Assembly (NCBI GenBank): GCA_035489775.1
Contig: DATHJM010000370.1
Coordinates: forward strand, 1 to 46,780
Reading direction: 5' to 3'
Length of the DNA stretch: 46,780 nt
From: Burkholderiales bacterium
GTDB taxonomy: Bacteria; Pseudomonadota; Gammaproteobacteria; Burkholderiales; SG8-39
Part shown: positions 10,340 to 20,416 of the stretch, in pieces
Numbering within the stretch: position 1 is the first letter of the stretch
Layout: each line of letters opens with the position of its first letter
Program-made: the position numbers and the translations under genes
The notes under the pieces: generated by a model
Told to the model about the DNA's origin: nothing
Seen by the model: only the letters and a program-made list of their open reading frames with translations
Database searches by the model: none

Positions 10340-11260
10340 ATGCATATTATTCTCGTATCAAGCAAGTTGGCCAAGGCAAGGTCCTTGACCCTTACCAACC
10401 GGCACCTAATTGCCGGCGCCGTGTTCACAGCGGTGCTGGTGCTCAGCCTTACGCTCGGCCTGTTCTGGATCACGGTGCGCCATGCCACCGAGGTCAAGCT
10501 TCCGCTCCTCGATTCGCTGGTCTCGTCGGCGCAGGAAGCGCAACGGCGCAAGACGGAAGAATTCCTGCGGGAAAACCTGAACGCCATGGCCGTGAAGCTC
10601 GGCCAGATGCAAGCCCAGCTTATGCGGCTGGACGCACTGGGCGAACGCCTGTCGACCCTTGCCGGGCTCAAGCCCGGTGAATTCCGATTCACCGAGCCGC
10701 CCGGCCGTGGTGGCGCGATGTCGAGCATCCCGCCGCAAGATTTCTCGATCGCGGAATTCAACCGGCAGCTCGACCAGCTTTCCAGGCAGATGGAAAACCG
10801 GAGCGACTCCCTCGGGATCCTCGAGTCGCAGCTGTTCGACGCCAAGGTGAAGAAGAAGCTCATGCCGACGATTCCTCCAGTGGACGCGGCCTACAGCGCA
10901 TCCAGCTATGGCTGGCGCATCGATCCGTTCAACGGCATGCTCGCCATGCACGAGGGTGTGGATTTTCCCGTGGATATCGGGACCCCCGTTTTCGCGGCGG
11001 CAGGCGGCGTGGTGATCTACTCGGGACCGCATCCCCAATACGGTTTTCTGATCGAGATCGACCACGGCAACGATTTCACTACCCGCTACGCTCATTGCTC
11101 GAGAGTTCTGGTCAGGGAAGGCGAGGTGGTTCAGCGCGGAAGCAAAATCGCCGAATCCGGATCCACCGGCCGCGCCACCGGCCCGCACCTGCATTTCGAA
11201 GTCCGCTACCGCAGCGTGGCGCAGAACCCGATCCGGTTTCTTCAGGCTACGGCGCGCTAG
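10340..11260 (+). CDS. M23 family metallopeptidase (LytM domain), membrane-anchored with coiled-coil
   Basis: 306 aa with an N-terminal TM segment (AGAVFTAVLVLSLTLGLFWI). C-terminal motifs are HEGVDFPVDIGTPVFAAAGGVV ... HGNDFTTRYAH ... GSTGRATGPHLHFEV. Confidence 0.92.
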   Translation: MHIILVSSKLAKARSLTLTNRHLIAGAVFTAVLVLSLTLGLFWITVRHATEVKLPLLDSLVSSAQEAQRRKTEEFLRENLNAMAVKLGQMQAQLMRLDALGERLSTLAGLKPGEFRFTEPPGRGGAMSSIPPQDFSIAEFNRQLDQLSRQMENRSDSLGILESQLFDAKVKKKLMPTIPPVDAAYSASSYGWRIDPFNGMLAMHEGVDFPVDIGTPVFAAAGGVVIYSGPHPQYGFLIEIDHGNDFTTRYAHCSRVLVREGEVVQRGSKIAESGSTGRATGPHLHFEVRYRSVAQNPIRFLQATAR

Positions 11261-11401
11261 CCGGAATTTCCGGCCCGCCCGAGGACCTGCAGTCCCCACC
11301 GCGCGGATTCCCGCGCGCTCCCGTTTCGCCCGAATCGCGGGGACCAGCCGCTCCGGCGTGATAAACTTCGAACTTTTCCGCGCCACAGCCGTCATTCCTC
11401 G

Positions 11402-14167
11402 ATGATTTCCCGCGTATTGAAGGCGGTGTTCGGCAGCCGCAATGATCGCCTGCTCAAAAACTACGGCAGTTCCGTGCGGGCGATCAACGCTCTCGAGTCG
11501 TCGATGGCGGCGCTCCCGGATCATGGCTTGGGAGCCAAAACGCTCGAGCTGAGAGAGCGTTTCGCGAAGCGGATGCAGGGCGTCCCCGAAGAGGAACGCG
11601 ACGCGGCCGAAAAGGCTGCCCTTGCCGAGCTGCTGCCGGAGTCCTTCGCGGTGGTACGCGAGGCTGCGAGGCGCGTGCTCAACATGCGCCACTTCGACGT
11701 GCAGCTGATCGGCGGGATGGTGCTGCACGACGGCAAGATCTCGGAGATGCGCACCGGCGAAGGCAAGACGCTGGTGGCGACATTGCCCGCGTACCTCAAC
11801 GCTCTCTCCGGCCGCGGCGTGCATATCGTCACGGTCAACGACTACCTCGCGAGCCGGGACGCGGAGTGGATGGGGAAGGTCTACAAATTTCTCGGGCTGT
11901 CGGTGGGCGTGATCCTGACCCAGATGCCGCACGCAGAAAAACAATCGGCGTACGCCGCCGACATCACCTACGGCACCAATAACGAATTCGGCTTCGACTA
12001 CCTGCGCGACAACATGGCGATGCAGGTGGGCGACCGCTTTCAGCGCAGGCTGAACTACGCGATCGTCGACGAAGTCGACTCGATCCTGATCGACGAGGCG
12101 CGCACGCCGCTCATCATCTCCGGCCAAGCAGAGGATCGCACGGAGATCTACTCGCGCATGAACGAGGTGGCGCCGCTCCTGAAGCGCCAGGAAAAGGAAG
12201 GCGCGCCAGGCGACTTCCACGTGGACGAGAAGAACCACACGGTGCTGCTCTCGGAGGACGGGCACGAGCACGCCGAGAAGCTCCTTGGCCGCGCGGGGCT
12301 GCTGCCCGAAGGGCGCAGTCTCTACGAACCGGCGTACGTGAACCTGATGCACCACCTCAACGCGGCCCTCAGAGCGCACAACCTTTTCTTCCGCGACCGG
12401 CACTACGTGGTCCAGGACGACGAGGTGATCATCGTTGACGAGTTCACCGGCCGGCTAATGCCGGGACGCCGCTGGTCCGACGGCCTGCACCAGGCGATCG
12501 AGGCCAAGGAGAAGGTGTTGATCCAGAGCGAGAACCAGACGCTCGCCTCGATCACGTTCCAGAACTACTTCCGCATGTACCGCAAGCTCGCGGGGATGAC
12601 CGGAACGGCCGATACGGAGGCCTACGAATTCCAGGAGATCTACGGGCTCGAGGTCGTCGTCGTCCCGACGCATATGCCGATGATCCGCGCCGACCGGCAC
12701 GACCAGGTGTTTCGCACCGCGGCAGAGAAGCACAAGGCGATCATTCGCGATATCCAGGACTGCTATGAGCGCGGCCAACCGGTGCTCGTGGGAACCACCT
12801 CGATCGAGAATTCCGAGCTCATCTCGGGAATGCTGGAGAAGTTGCCGCACCAGGTCTTGAACGCGAAGCAGCATGCGCGCGAGGCGGAGATCGTCGCCCA
12901 GGCCGGGCGCCCCAAGGTAGTCACCATCGCGACCAACATGGCGGGCCGCGGCACCGATATCGTGCTGGGCGGCAACGTCGAGAAACAGATCGACCTCGTG
13001 CGGGACAAGGACGATCTCGACGCGGCAGAGAAGGAGCGCCGCATAGGCGAGCTGCGTCACGAGTGGCAGGACTTGCACAACCGGGTCATCGCAGCGGGCG
13101 GGCTGCACATCATCGGAACCGAAAGGCACGAGGCCCGGCGCATCGACAACCAGTTGCGCGGACGCTCCGGCCGGCAGGGCGATCCGGGCTCCTCGCGCTT
13201 TTACCTGTCGCTCGAGGACCCGTTGCTGCGGATCTTCGCAGGAGAGCGGGTCAACGCCATCATGCAGCGTCTGGGGATGCCCGAGGGCGAGCCGATCGAG
13301 CATGGTCTGGTCACCCGATCGATCGAGAGCGCGCAACGCAAAGTCGAGGCGCACAACTTCGACATCCGCAAGCAACTGCTGGAATACGACAACGTAGCCA
13401 ACGACCAGCGGCGCGAAATCTATCAGTTGAGGAACTCCATCCTCGAATCGCAGGATGTTTCGGACCAGATCCAGGCACTGCGCGAGGGCGTCGTGACCGA
13501 TTTCTTCCGCGCCCACGTACCCGAGGAAAGCATGGAGGAGCAATGGGACATTCCGGGCCTTGAAAAAGTGTACGCCGCCGAGCTCCGGCTCGAGCTGCCG
13601 CTGTCGAAGTGGCTCGAGAACGAGCCTGGACTCGATGACGAGGCGATGCTCAAGCGTTCCATCGAGGAAGCCAACGCCGCTTACCGCCGCAAGATAACAA
13701 GTGCCCCGGTTGACGCCGTGCACCAGTTCGAGCGCTTCGTGCTGTTGTCGACGCTGGACAATCACTGGCGCGAGCATCTGGCCGCGCTCGACCACCTGCG
13801 CCAGGGCATACACCTGCGCGGTTACGCGCAGAAGAACCCGAAGCAGGAATACAAGCGGGAGGCGTTCGAGCTGTTCGGCCTCCTGGTGGAATCGGTCAAA
13901 CTCGAAGTGACGCGCACACTGATGACGGTCGAGCTGCAGACCCGGGAACAGGTCGAGCAGGCGGAGAAAGTCCAGGCCCCAGCGGTCGAAAATGTGCAAT
14001 ACCAGCATGCCGGGTATGAAGAAGCGCTCGCCGGAGCGGGAGCCGATGCTGCTCCTGCGTCGAAGCCGGCGCCTTTCGTCAGGCAGATGGGCAAGATCGG
14101 CCGCAACGATCCTTGTCCGTGCGGATCGGGCAAGAAGTACAAGCACTGCCACGGGAAGCTGAGTTAG
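11402..14167 (+). CDS. secA: Preprotein translocase ATPase SecA
   Basis: 921 aa with [54 protein letters not shown] and the C-terminal zinc motif [14 protein letters not shown]. Confidence 0.98.
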   Translation: MISRVLKAVFGSRNDRLLKNYGSSVRAINALESSMAALPDHGLGAKTLELRERFAKRMQGVPEEERDAAEKAALAELLPESFAVVREAARRVLNMRHFDVQLIGGMVLHDGKISEMRTGEGKTLVATLPAYLNALSGRGVHIVTVNDYLASRDAEWMGKVYKFLGLSVGVILTQMPHAEKQSAYAADITYGTNNEFGFDYLRDNMAMQVGDRFQRRLNYAIVDEVDSILIDEARTPLIISGQAEDRTEIYSRMNEVAPLLKRQEKEGAPGDFHVDEKNHTVLLSEDGHEHAEKLLGRAGLLPEGRSLYEPAYVNLMHHLNAALRAHNLFFRDRHYVVQDDEVIIVDEFTGRLMPGRRWSDGLHQAIEAKEKVLIQSENQTLASITFQNYFRMYRKLAGMTGTADTEAYEFQEIYGLEVVVVPTHMPMIRADRHDQVFRTAAEKHKAIIRDIQDCYERGQPVLVGTTSIENSELISGMLEKLPHQVLNAKQHAREAEIVAQAGRPKVVTIATNMAGRGTDIVLGGNVEKQIDLVRDKDDLDAAEKERRIGELRHEWQDLHNRVIAAGGLHIIGTERHEARRIDNQLRGRSGRQGDPGSSRFYLSLEDPLLRIFAGERVNAIMQRLGMPEGEPIEHGLVTRSIESAQRKVEAHNFDIRKQLLEYDNVANDQRREIYQLRNSILESQDVSDQIQALREGVVTDFFRAHVPEESMEEQWDIPGLEKVYAAELRLELPLSKWLENEPGLDDEAMLKRSIEEANAAYRRKITSAPVDAVHQFERFVLLSTLDNHWREHLAALDHLRQGIHLRGYAQKNPKQEYKREAFELFGLLVESVKLEVTRTLMTVELQTREQVEQAEKVQAPAVENVQYQHAGYEEALAGAGADAAPASKPAPFVRQMGKIGRNDPCPCGSGKKYKHCHGKLS

Positions 14168-14174
14168 CGGGGGC

Positions 14175-15404
14175 ATGGCAGTCAACCTAAGTCCTCCGGG
14201 ACCGGAGGATCTCCTTCCCGTCAAGGGCGTGAAGCTGGGCGTCGCCGAGGCAGGGATAAGGAAAGCCGGGCGCAAGGATCTGCTTCTCTTGACCCTCGCT
14301 GAGGGAGCACGGGTGGCGGGTGTGTTCACGCAAAACCGCTTCTGCGCGGCGCCGGTGCAAGTCGCGAAGGAGCACCTGGCCTCCGGCAGATCTCCTCGTG
14401 CGCTGCTCGTCAACACCGGCAATGCCAACGCCGGTACCGGGAAGACCGGGATTGCCGGTGCCAGGGCGAGCTGCGACGAGGTAGCTCGGCTGAACGAATG
14501 CGATTCCCGCGAGGTGCTGCCGTTTTCGACGGGCGTCATCATGGAGCCGCTGCCCGTGGAGCGCATCGTCGCGGGCTTGCCGGCGTGCATCGCCGACCTG
14601 CGCGAAGACAACTGGGCGCGGGCGGCCGAGGCGATCATGACCACCGATACGATTCCCAAGGCCCGATCTCGGCGAGCGCAGATCGGCGCGAGTAGCGTGA
14701 CCGTGACGGGAATCGCCAAGGGCGCGGGCATGATCCGCCCCGAGATGGCGACGCTGCTCGCGTTTGTCGCGACTGACGCTCCGGTTGCTCAAGGTGCGCT
14801 CGAGCACCTCCTCGCCGATGCCGCTGCGCGCTCGTTCAACCGCATCAGTGTCGACGGCGACGCCTCCACGAACGATTCCTTTGTCCTGATGGCAACCGGC
14901 GCCGGCGGCGGGCCGATGATCGACAACCCGGGCCATCCTGGATTCGCTGCATTGCGGGAAGCGGTGTTCGAGGTATCGCAGGGGCTCGCGCAGGCGATCG
15001 TGCGCGACGGCGAAGGAGCGACCAAGTTCATCACCGTGCGTGTGGAAAAAGGCAGGGACGAAGCCGAATGTGCCGGCGTCGCTTATGCGATCGCGCACTC
15101 GCCGCTGGTGAAAACCGCGTTCTTCGCTTCCGACCCGAATCTGGGGCGCCTCCTCGCCGCGATCGGCAACGCCGGCGTGCGCGATCTCGAGGTCGGCCGT
15201 GTCGAGCTGTACCTCGACGAGGTGCTGGTGTCGAAGGACGGAGGCCGCGCCCTGGCTTATCGCGAGGAGGACGGAAAGCGCGTGATGAGTAAAAGCGAGA
15301 TCACGGTTCGCGTCGTGCTCAACCGCGGGACTGCGGCCACCACCGTGTGGACCTGCGATCTGTCGCACGATTACGTTACTATCAACGCGGCATACAGGAC
15401 CTAG
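14175..15404 (+). CDS. argJ: Bifunctional glutamate N-acetyltransferase / amino-acid acetyltransferase ArgJ
   Basis: 409 aa with [32 protein letters not shown] (autoprocessing site region) and the C-terminal [15 protein letters not shown]. Confidence 0.95.
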   Translation: MAVNLSPPGPEDLLPVKGVKLGVAEAGIRKAGRKDLLLLTLAEGARVAGVFTQNRFCAAPVQVAKEHLASGRSPRALLVNTGNANAGTGKTGIAGARASCDEVARLNECDSREVLPFSTGVIMEPLPVERIVAGLPACIADLREDNWARAAEAIMTTDTIPKARSRRAQIGASSVTVTGIAKGAGMIRPEMATLLAFVATDAPVAQGALEHLLADAAARSFNRISVDGDASTNDSFVLMATGAGGGPMIDNPGHPGFAALREAVFEVSQGLAQAIVRDGEGATKFITVRVEKGRDEAECAGVAYAIAHSPLVKTAFFASDPNLGRLLAAIGNAGVRDLEVGRVELYLDEVLVSKDGGRALAYREEDGKRVMSKSEITVRVVLNRGTAATTVWTCDLSHDYVTINAAYRT

Positions 15405-15420
15405 GACCGGAGACGGCGCC

Positions 15421-16305
15421 ATGTCTGAGCTCGAACGGCTGATCAAGCGCGGCGAAGCGCTGCTTGAGCGCGTGGAAACGCTGCTCCCGCCCGCGTCGCG
15501 CGCCGTGGATTGGCAGGCGAGCATCGCTTTCCGCTGGCGCAAGACCTCGCGCAGTGCCTTTATCCAGCCCGTCGCAAATCTGCACCGCATCCGGCTTTCG
15601 GACCTCCACGGCGTGGACAGCCAGAAGGCACTGATCGAGCAGAACACGCGCCAGTTCGTCGAAGGCCGAACTGCCAACAACGCGCTTCTGACCGGCGCGC
15701 GGGGCACGGGCAAGTCCTCGCTCGTCAAGGCCGTGCTCAACAAGTTCCACCGCCAGGGTCTGCGCCTGATCGAGGTGGAAAAGCACGATCTCATCGATTT
15801 GCCCGACATCGTGGACCAGGTGGCGGGGCGGCCCGAGCGGTTCATTCTGTTTTGCGACGACTTGTCGTTCGAGCTCTCGGAAGCCGCGGGCTACAAGGCG
15901 CTCAAAGTCGTGCTCGACGGCTCGATCGCCGCGACTTCCGAGAATCTCCTCATCTACGCGACGTCCAACCGCCGGCATCTCATGCCCGAGTACATGCAGG
16001 AGAATCTCGAGACGAAGCATCTTGGCGAGGAGATTCATCCCGGCGAAACGGTGGAGGAGAAGATCTCGCTCTCCGAGCGTTTCGGACTGTGGGTCTCCTT
16101 CTATCCGTTCGACCAGGACGACTATCTCGAAATCGTGAGCCATTGGCTGCGCGAGCTGGGCTGCCGCGAGGGCGAGATTCCCAAGGCCCGGCAGGAAGCG
16201 CTGCAGTGGGCGCTGCTGCGCGGATCGCGCAGCGGCCGCGTCGCGTGGCAGTTCGCGCGCGATTACGCCGGACGCAACGCCGGCAACGGCAAACCGAAGC
16301 GCTGA
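15421..16305 (+). CDS. DUF815-type AAA+ ATP-binding protein
   Basis: 294 aa with Walker A LLTGARGTGKSSLVKAV, Walker B-like FILFCDDLSF and sensor-like IYATSNRRHL. The overall pattern matches the DUF815 family. Confidence 0.8.
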   Translation: MSELERLIKRGEALLERVETLLPPASRAVDWQASIAFRWRKTSRSAFIQPVANLHRIRLSDLHGVDSQKALIEQNTRQFVEGRTANNALLTGARGTGKSSLVKAVLNKFHRQGLRLIEVEKHDLIDLPDIVDQVAGRPERFILFCDDLSFELSEAAGYKALKVVLDGSIAATSENLLIYATSNRRHLMPEYMQENLETKHLGEEIHPGETVEEKISLSERFGLWVSFYPFDQDDYLEIVSHWLRELGCREGEIPKARQEALQWALLRGSRSGRVAWQFARDYAGRNAGNGKPKR

Positions 16306-16317
16306 CGGGGCTCCGCG

Positions 16318-17283
16318 ATGTCGGCCCCGGTGGATGTCGCCGTGGCGGTGCTGGTCCGTTCCGACGGCGCCGTGCTCCTTGCGCAACGTCCGGTGAGCAA
16401 AGTCTACCCGGGCTATTGGGAATTTCCCGGCGGCAAGATCGAGCCGGGCGAGCCGGTCGTGGACGCGCTCAGGCGCGAGATACGCGAAGAGCTCGGCATC
16501 GAGATCGAACGCGCTTATCCCTGGATCACCCGGATCTTCGTCTATCCGCACGCCAAAGTGCGCCTGCATTTTTATCGGGTCAACGCCTGGCGCGGGGAGC
16601 CGCGCGCGCTCGAACACCAGGCGCTCGCCTGGCAGCCGCCGGACGCGGTCAAACTCGATCCGCTTTTGCCTGCGAACGGCCCGGTGCTGCGCAGCCTGAT
16701 ACTGCCCCCCGAGTACGCCATCACGCGGGCCGGCGAGCTCGGCATCGGGCCGTTCCTTTCGCGGCTGGAGGCGAGGTTGCGAGGCGGCTTGAAGCTGATC
16801 CAGGTGCGGGAAAAGACGCTGGGGCATCAGGCCGCCGAAGAATTTGCGCGGCACGTGACTGCACTCGCCCGCGCGCATGGTGCAAAGGTCCTCGTCAACG
16901 CGGATGCCGCGCTCGCGCGCGAGGTCGGCGCCGACGGCGTGCACCTCACCGCGGAGCAATTGCGCAGTGCCTCCGCCCGCCCCGATTTTCCGTGGTGCGG
17001 CGCTTCGTGCCATTCGATCGAGGAGCTGCGCAGCGCGGAGACGCTGGGAGTCGACTTCGTCGTGCTGGGACCGGTGCGCGCGACGCCATCGCACCCGAAT
17101 GCAGTCCCGCTCGGCTGGGAACGATTCCGGGAGATTGCTGCAGGCGCCGCCATGCCGGTCTACGCACTCGGCGGGATCGTTCCTTCCGATCTCGAACAAG
17201 GCATGAGCTGCGGCGCGCACGGCATCGCCATGGTGCGGGGCAGTTGGGGAAACGGCGAAAAACCCAAGGACGCTTCCGTCTGA
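16318..17283 (+). CDS. mutT: Nudix hydrolase (MutT-like) fused to a TenI/ThiE-like (thiamine-phosphate synthase fold) domain
   Basis: 321 aa. N-terminal Nudix box GGKIEPGEPVVDALRREIREELGIE. C-terminal half has LIQVREK..., GADGVHL and VLGPVRATPSHP...PVYALGGI, typical of the TMP-TENI superfamily. Confidence 0.85.
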   Translation: MSAPVDVAVAVLVRSDGAVLLAQRPVSKVYPGYWEFPGGKIEPGEPVVDALRREIREELGIEIERAYPWITRIFVYPHAKVRLHFYRVNAWRGEPRALEHQALAWQPPDAVKLDPLLPANGPVLRSLILPPEYAITRAGELGIGPFLSRLEARLRGGLKLIQVREKTLGHQAAEEFARHVTALARAHGAKVLVNADAALAREVGADGVHLTAEQLRSASARPDFPWCGASCHSIEELRSAETLGVDFVVLGPVRATPSHPNAVPLGWERFREIAAGAAMPVYALGGIVPSDLEQGMSCGAHGIAMVRGSWGNGEKPKDASV

Positions 17284-17411
17284 TCCGGATCGGGCCTCCT
17301 TGTCGTCCTTCAAACGTAAAGTGATACTCTACCGAATTGCCGCGCTTTGTTCCGGGACACCGGTCATGCGCGGAGCACCTTCCGGAAAGCAAAGGGAAAG
17401 GAAAGGCCGCG

Positions 17412-17789
17412 ATGACCAAGATTCTCTGCGTTGAGGACAGCGAGGACAGCCTGTTCGCGCTGCACAAGCGCCTGGCCCTCGCCGGATTCGATGTCAAGGT
17501 CACAATGAATGGCGCGGAGGGCGTGAATTGGGCAAAAACGCTCCTGCCCGATCTGATCGTGATGGACCTGAGACTTCCGGGGCTCGACGGCTGGGAGGCG
17601 ACGCGCCGTCTGAAAAGCCAGCCGGAAACGAAACACATCCCGATCATCGTCGTCACCTCGGATACGTCGGAGAAAAGCCGCGAGAAGGCGTTCGCCGCCG
17701 GCTGTGACGAATACGAAACGAAACCGGCTAATTTTGAGAAACTGGTCGGGAAAATCCACTCGCTTCTGAGCCGCGGCGCAAAAGCATGA
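17412..17789 (+). CDS. Single-domain response regulator (CheY-like receiver)
   Basis: Translation from ATG 17412 reads MTKILCVEDSEDS...LIVMDLRLPGLDG...IIVVTS...ETKP, which carries the acidic pocket, phospho-Asp, Thr and Lys positions. AAAGGGAAAGGAAAGG lies upstream. The track TTG start at 17337 is less likely. Confidence 0.85.
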   Translation: MTKILCVEDSEDSLFALHKRLALAGFDVKVTMNGAEGVNWAKTLLPDLIVMDLRLPGLDGWEATRRLKSQPETKHIPIIVVTSDTSEKSREKAFAAGCDEYETKPANFEKLVGKIHSLLSRGAKA

Positions 17790-17816
17790 CCGAGGGGCGC
17801 AGGATGCAAGGCAAGA

Positions 17817-18026
17817 TCAATCCCTGCTCCCCGATCCTTCGTCCTGCTCTTCGGCGTCCGGCGCATCCTTGCCTCCCTCCACCGGAACCCGGTACCTTTC
17901 CATCGCCCAGTCGCCCAGATCGATGAGCTTGCAGCGCTCCGAACAAAACGGCCGGTAAGGATTTTCCCTCGACCACGCCACCTGTGCGCCGCAGCGCGGG
18001 CAGCTCACAAGCCGCACCTTGGGCAC
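17817..18026 (-). CDS. yacG: DNA gyrase inhibitor YacG (zinc finger)
   Basis: 69 aa reading [32 protein letters not shown]. Lies downstream of zapD and coaE, as in many proteobacteria. Confidence 0.92.
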   Translation of the reverse strand: MPKVRLVSCPRCGAQVAWSRENPYRPFCSERCKLIDLGDWAMERYRVPVEGGKDAPDAEEQDEGSGSRD

Positions 18027-18030
18027 GGTC

Positions 18031-18804
18031 TTACAGATTGCAGAAAGTCAGCTCGAACTCGACGTCCGCCTCGCACACGCGCGTGCCGAAAGTGCTGAAG
18101 CGGACGTTCAGCGCGTAACGGTTTGCGCTGATCTCGGGGATGAACTGCGATTCGCGCGGCAGCCGGATGCGCACCATCTGCGACATTTTGCCGCCGAGCA
18201 TTTGCGAGAAAGCAGCGCGGTGGGCGACGTGCTTCACGGGCTTGCCGCCTTCGCGCAGCAGTTTCAGCACGATGGAGGAAGCGTCACGGATCGGAAGCAA
18301 CGGGGAAATCCAGGTGCCGAGGTCGGCCCCGCGCCTGGCTCCTTCGCGGTGCAACCAGAAATGGTAGGAGGGCAGATCGAATTCGCAAACTCCGCCGGGG
18401 ATCCCGGTGCGCTGCTTGATCGACATCAGCCATTCGTTCTCGCGAAGGTACTGGCCGATCTTGCCGGTCATGGCGAAAAGCGCGGCGCTTGAGCGTTCGA
18501 TGTCGGAAATGACCTGCTGGAGCACGCTCTCCGCGATTTGAGGGTTGTTGCGAAACCCGAGCAGTACCTGCTTCTGTCGCTCGAGTTCTTGCAGCAGGTC
18601 CGACTTGAGCTCTGCGCGACCGGCGACTTCCAGGATCTCAAACAGCGTTATCAGCGCGGCGTGGTGTGCGCGCGAATCTTCCTGTGCTACAAAGTGATTG
18701 GCGCGCTCGAACAGGTCCTCCAGACGCAGCAGGGTCCGGATTCGTTCGTTGAGCGGATACTCGTAGGTGATCACGATGACATCCGCGACTGGAAGGGTAG
18801 GCAA
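18031..18804 (-). CDS. zapD: Cell division protein ZapD (FtsZ C-terminal tail binder)
   Basis: 257 aa with the N-terminal [23 protein letters not shown] signature. The coaE-zapD-yacG order is conserved. Confidence 0.92.
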   Translation of the reverse strand: MPTLPVADVIVITYEYPLNERIRTLLRLEDLFERANHFVAQEDSRAHHAALITLFEILEVAGRAELKSDLLQELERQKQVLLGFRNNPQIAESVLQQVISDIERSSAALFAMTGKIGQYLRENEWLMSIKQRTGIPGGVCEFDLPSYHFWLHREGARRGADLGTWISPLLPIRDASSIVLKLLREGGKPVKHVAHRAAFSQMLGGKMSQMVRIRLPRESQFIPEISANRYALNVRFSTFGTRVCEADVEFELTFCNL

Positions 18805-18867
18805 TTGATCCCGGGGGAGCCTCGCCGGATTCTCCCCGATCCGCCCCGAATTGACAACGGGCGTGCG

Positions 18868-19488
18868 CTATGACGCTGTCTTGGATTGCGCAGCAAGCGT
18901 GAGATATTTCTCATTCAGATTCGACACCTGGCGCTCGAGCGCTTCCGGTGTTCCGCTGTTGTCGATCACATCGTCGGCTTCCGCGAGCCGCTGCTCGCGC
19001 GTGGCCTGCGCGGCGAGGATGGCGCGCACTTCCGCCTCCGAGAGACCGCTTCGCCGGATGGCTCGCTCGACCTGCTGCGCCTCGGTGCAATCGACCACTA
19101 GCACCCGCGCGTAGCGCGATCGGTCGACGCCGCCCTCCACCAGGAGCGGGACCACGAGAATTGCGTAGGGGCCCCGCGCGTGCGCGCGCCGGCGAGCGCT
19201 TTCCCCGCGTATGAGCGGATGCAGGATCCCCTCGAGCTTTTTCCTCGCCGCCGTGCTGCCGAACACCAGTTTGCGCATCCCGTCACGATCGAGTGCGCCG
19301 TCCGCGCCGATCAAGCCTGCGCCGAACGCCGCGCGTATCGCCTCGATCGCCTCGCCTCCCGGGCGCGTGAGTTCGTGGGCGATCTCGTCGGTATCGATCA
19401 CGGCGATCCCGCGTCCGGCGAACAGCCCGGCGACAGCGCTCTTGCCGCTGCCGATCCCGCCCGTGAGCCCGACCGTATACGGCTTCAC
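18868..19488 (-). CDS. coaE: Dephospho-CoA kinase
   Basis: The GTG at 19488 overlaps the pilD stop (minus strand reads ATGTGA). Translation: VKPYTVGLTGGIGSGKSAVAGLF...VIDTDEIAHEL. The rest of the 478-aa track ORF runs out of frame through pilD and is an artefact. Confidence 0.93.
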   Translation of the reverse strand: MKPYTVGLTGGIGSGKSAVAGLFAGRGIAVIDTDEIAHELTRPGGEAIEAIRAAFGAGLIGADGALDRDGMRKLVFGSTAARKKLEGILHPLIRGESARRRAHARGPYAILVVPLLVEGGVDRSRYARVLVVDCTEAQQVERAIRRSGLSEAEVRAILAAQATREQRLAEADDVIDNSGTPEALERQVSNLNEKYLTLAAQSKTAS

Positions 19489-20348
19489 ATGAACTGGTTG
19501 AGGTATTGGCGGGTGATCTGGGGTCCCCAGAACAGCGCGACGAACCCGGCGGCGCCCAGATACGGCCCGAAGGGAATCGGCACGCTGCGGCCGTGCCGGG
19601 CAAACACCATGAGGGCGATTCCCACGGCGGCCCCGATGAAGGACGACAGCAGGATCGTCAGCGGCAAGACCTGCCACCCGCACCACGCGCCGATCGCGGC
19701 GAGCAGTTTGAAATCGCCGAATCCCATTCCTTCCTTGCCCGTTGCGAGCTTGAACAGCCAGTACACGCTCCAAAGGGTGAGATATCCCGCGGCCGCGCCG
19801 ATCACCGCGGAACGCAGGTCGGTAAAGACGCCGCCCGCATTGACGAGCAATCCGAGCCACAGCAGCAGCAGCGTGACCGAATCGGGCAGCAGCTGGGTAT
19901 CGAAATCGATGAAGGTCGCGACGACGATGCACCACAGGAACACCATCGCGGCGAACCCCGCGGGGCTGGCCCCGAAGCGCACCGCCGACCAGGCCGCAGC
20001 GATCCCCCCAAGCAGCTCGACCAGCGGATAGCGCGGGCTGATGCGCGCTCGGCACGCCGAGCAGCGTCCGCGCAGCATCGCCCAGGAGACCAGCGGTATG
20101 TTCTCGGCTGCCGTGATCCCGTGACCGCAGGCGGGGCAGCGCGAGCGCGGCAGGAACAAGTTGAATTTTTCCTTCGGCACGTGCGTTTCGCCGCGGAGCT
20201 CCGCGCATTCCTCCTGCCAACCGAGCTCCATCATCTTCGGCAGGCGATAAATGACCACGTTCAGAAACGAGCCGACCACGAGCCCGAAAACCAGGCACAG
20301 CCACGGGAACACCGACGGGTGGGCGGCCGTTTTGAGAATCTCGCTCAT
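19485..20348 (-). CDS. pilD: Prepilin peptidase / N-methyltransferase (A24 family)
   Basis: 287 aa with VGSFLNVVIYRLP, the Cys pairs CPACGHGI...RGRCSACR, and GMGFGDFKLLAAIGAW. Confidence 0.95.
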   Translation of the reverse strand: MSEILKTAAHPSVFPWLCLVFGLVVGSFLNVVIYRLPKMMELGWQEECAELRGETHVPKEKFNLFLPRSRCPACGHGITAAENIPLVSWAMLRGRCSACRARISPRYPLVELLGGIAAAWSAVRFGASPAGFAAMVFLWCIVVATFIDFDTQLLPDSVTLLLLWLGLLVNAGGVFTDLRSAVIGAAAGYLTLWSVYWLFKLATGKEGMGFGDFKLLAAIGAWCGWQVLPLTILLSSFIGAAVGIALMVFARHGRSVPIPFGPYLGAAGFVALFWGPQITRQYLNQFM

Positions 20349-20359
20349 CGGATCAAATA

Positions 20360-20390
20360 AAAAGGGTCACGGCCGGGCCGTAACCCTTTT
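20360..20390 (-). terminator. Intrinsic-terminator-like hairpin between pilC and pilD
   Basis: The minus-strand RNA reads AAAAGGGUUACGGC-CCG-GCCGUGACCCUUUUUAUUUG. Within the 14-nt arms, the GC-rich 10-bp core contains one G-U wobble, which would be a C-A mismatch on the plus-strand RNA. A U-rich tract follows and ends about 6 nt before the pilD ATG. Confidence 0.6.
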
Positions 20391-20416
20391 CGACGAGGCG
20401 CGTGATGGAAATAGTG

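Noticed and set aside
10406-17313. Very long antisense or out-of-frame ORFs (10406..12403, 12455..14731, 14187..15845, 15382..17313 on minus; 15510..17324 on plus)
   Set aside because: Same high-GC artefact. They overlap the M23 peptidase gene, secA, argJ, the DUF815 gene and the Nudix fusion. Their products are low-complexity and have no recognisable domains.
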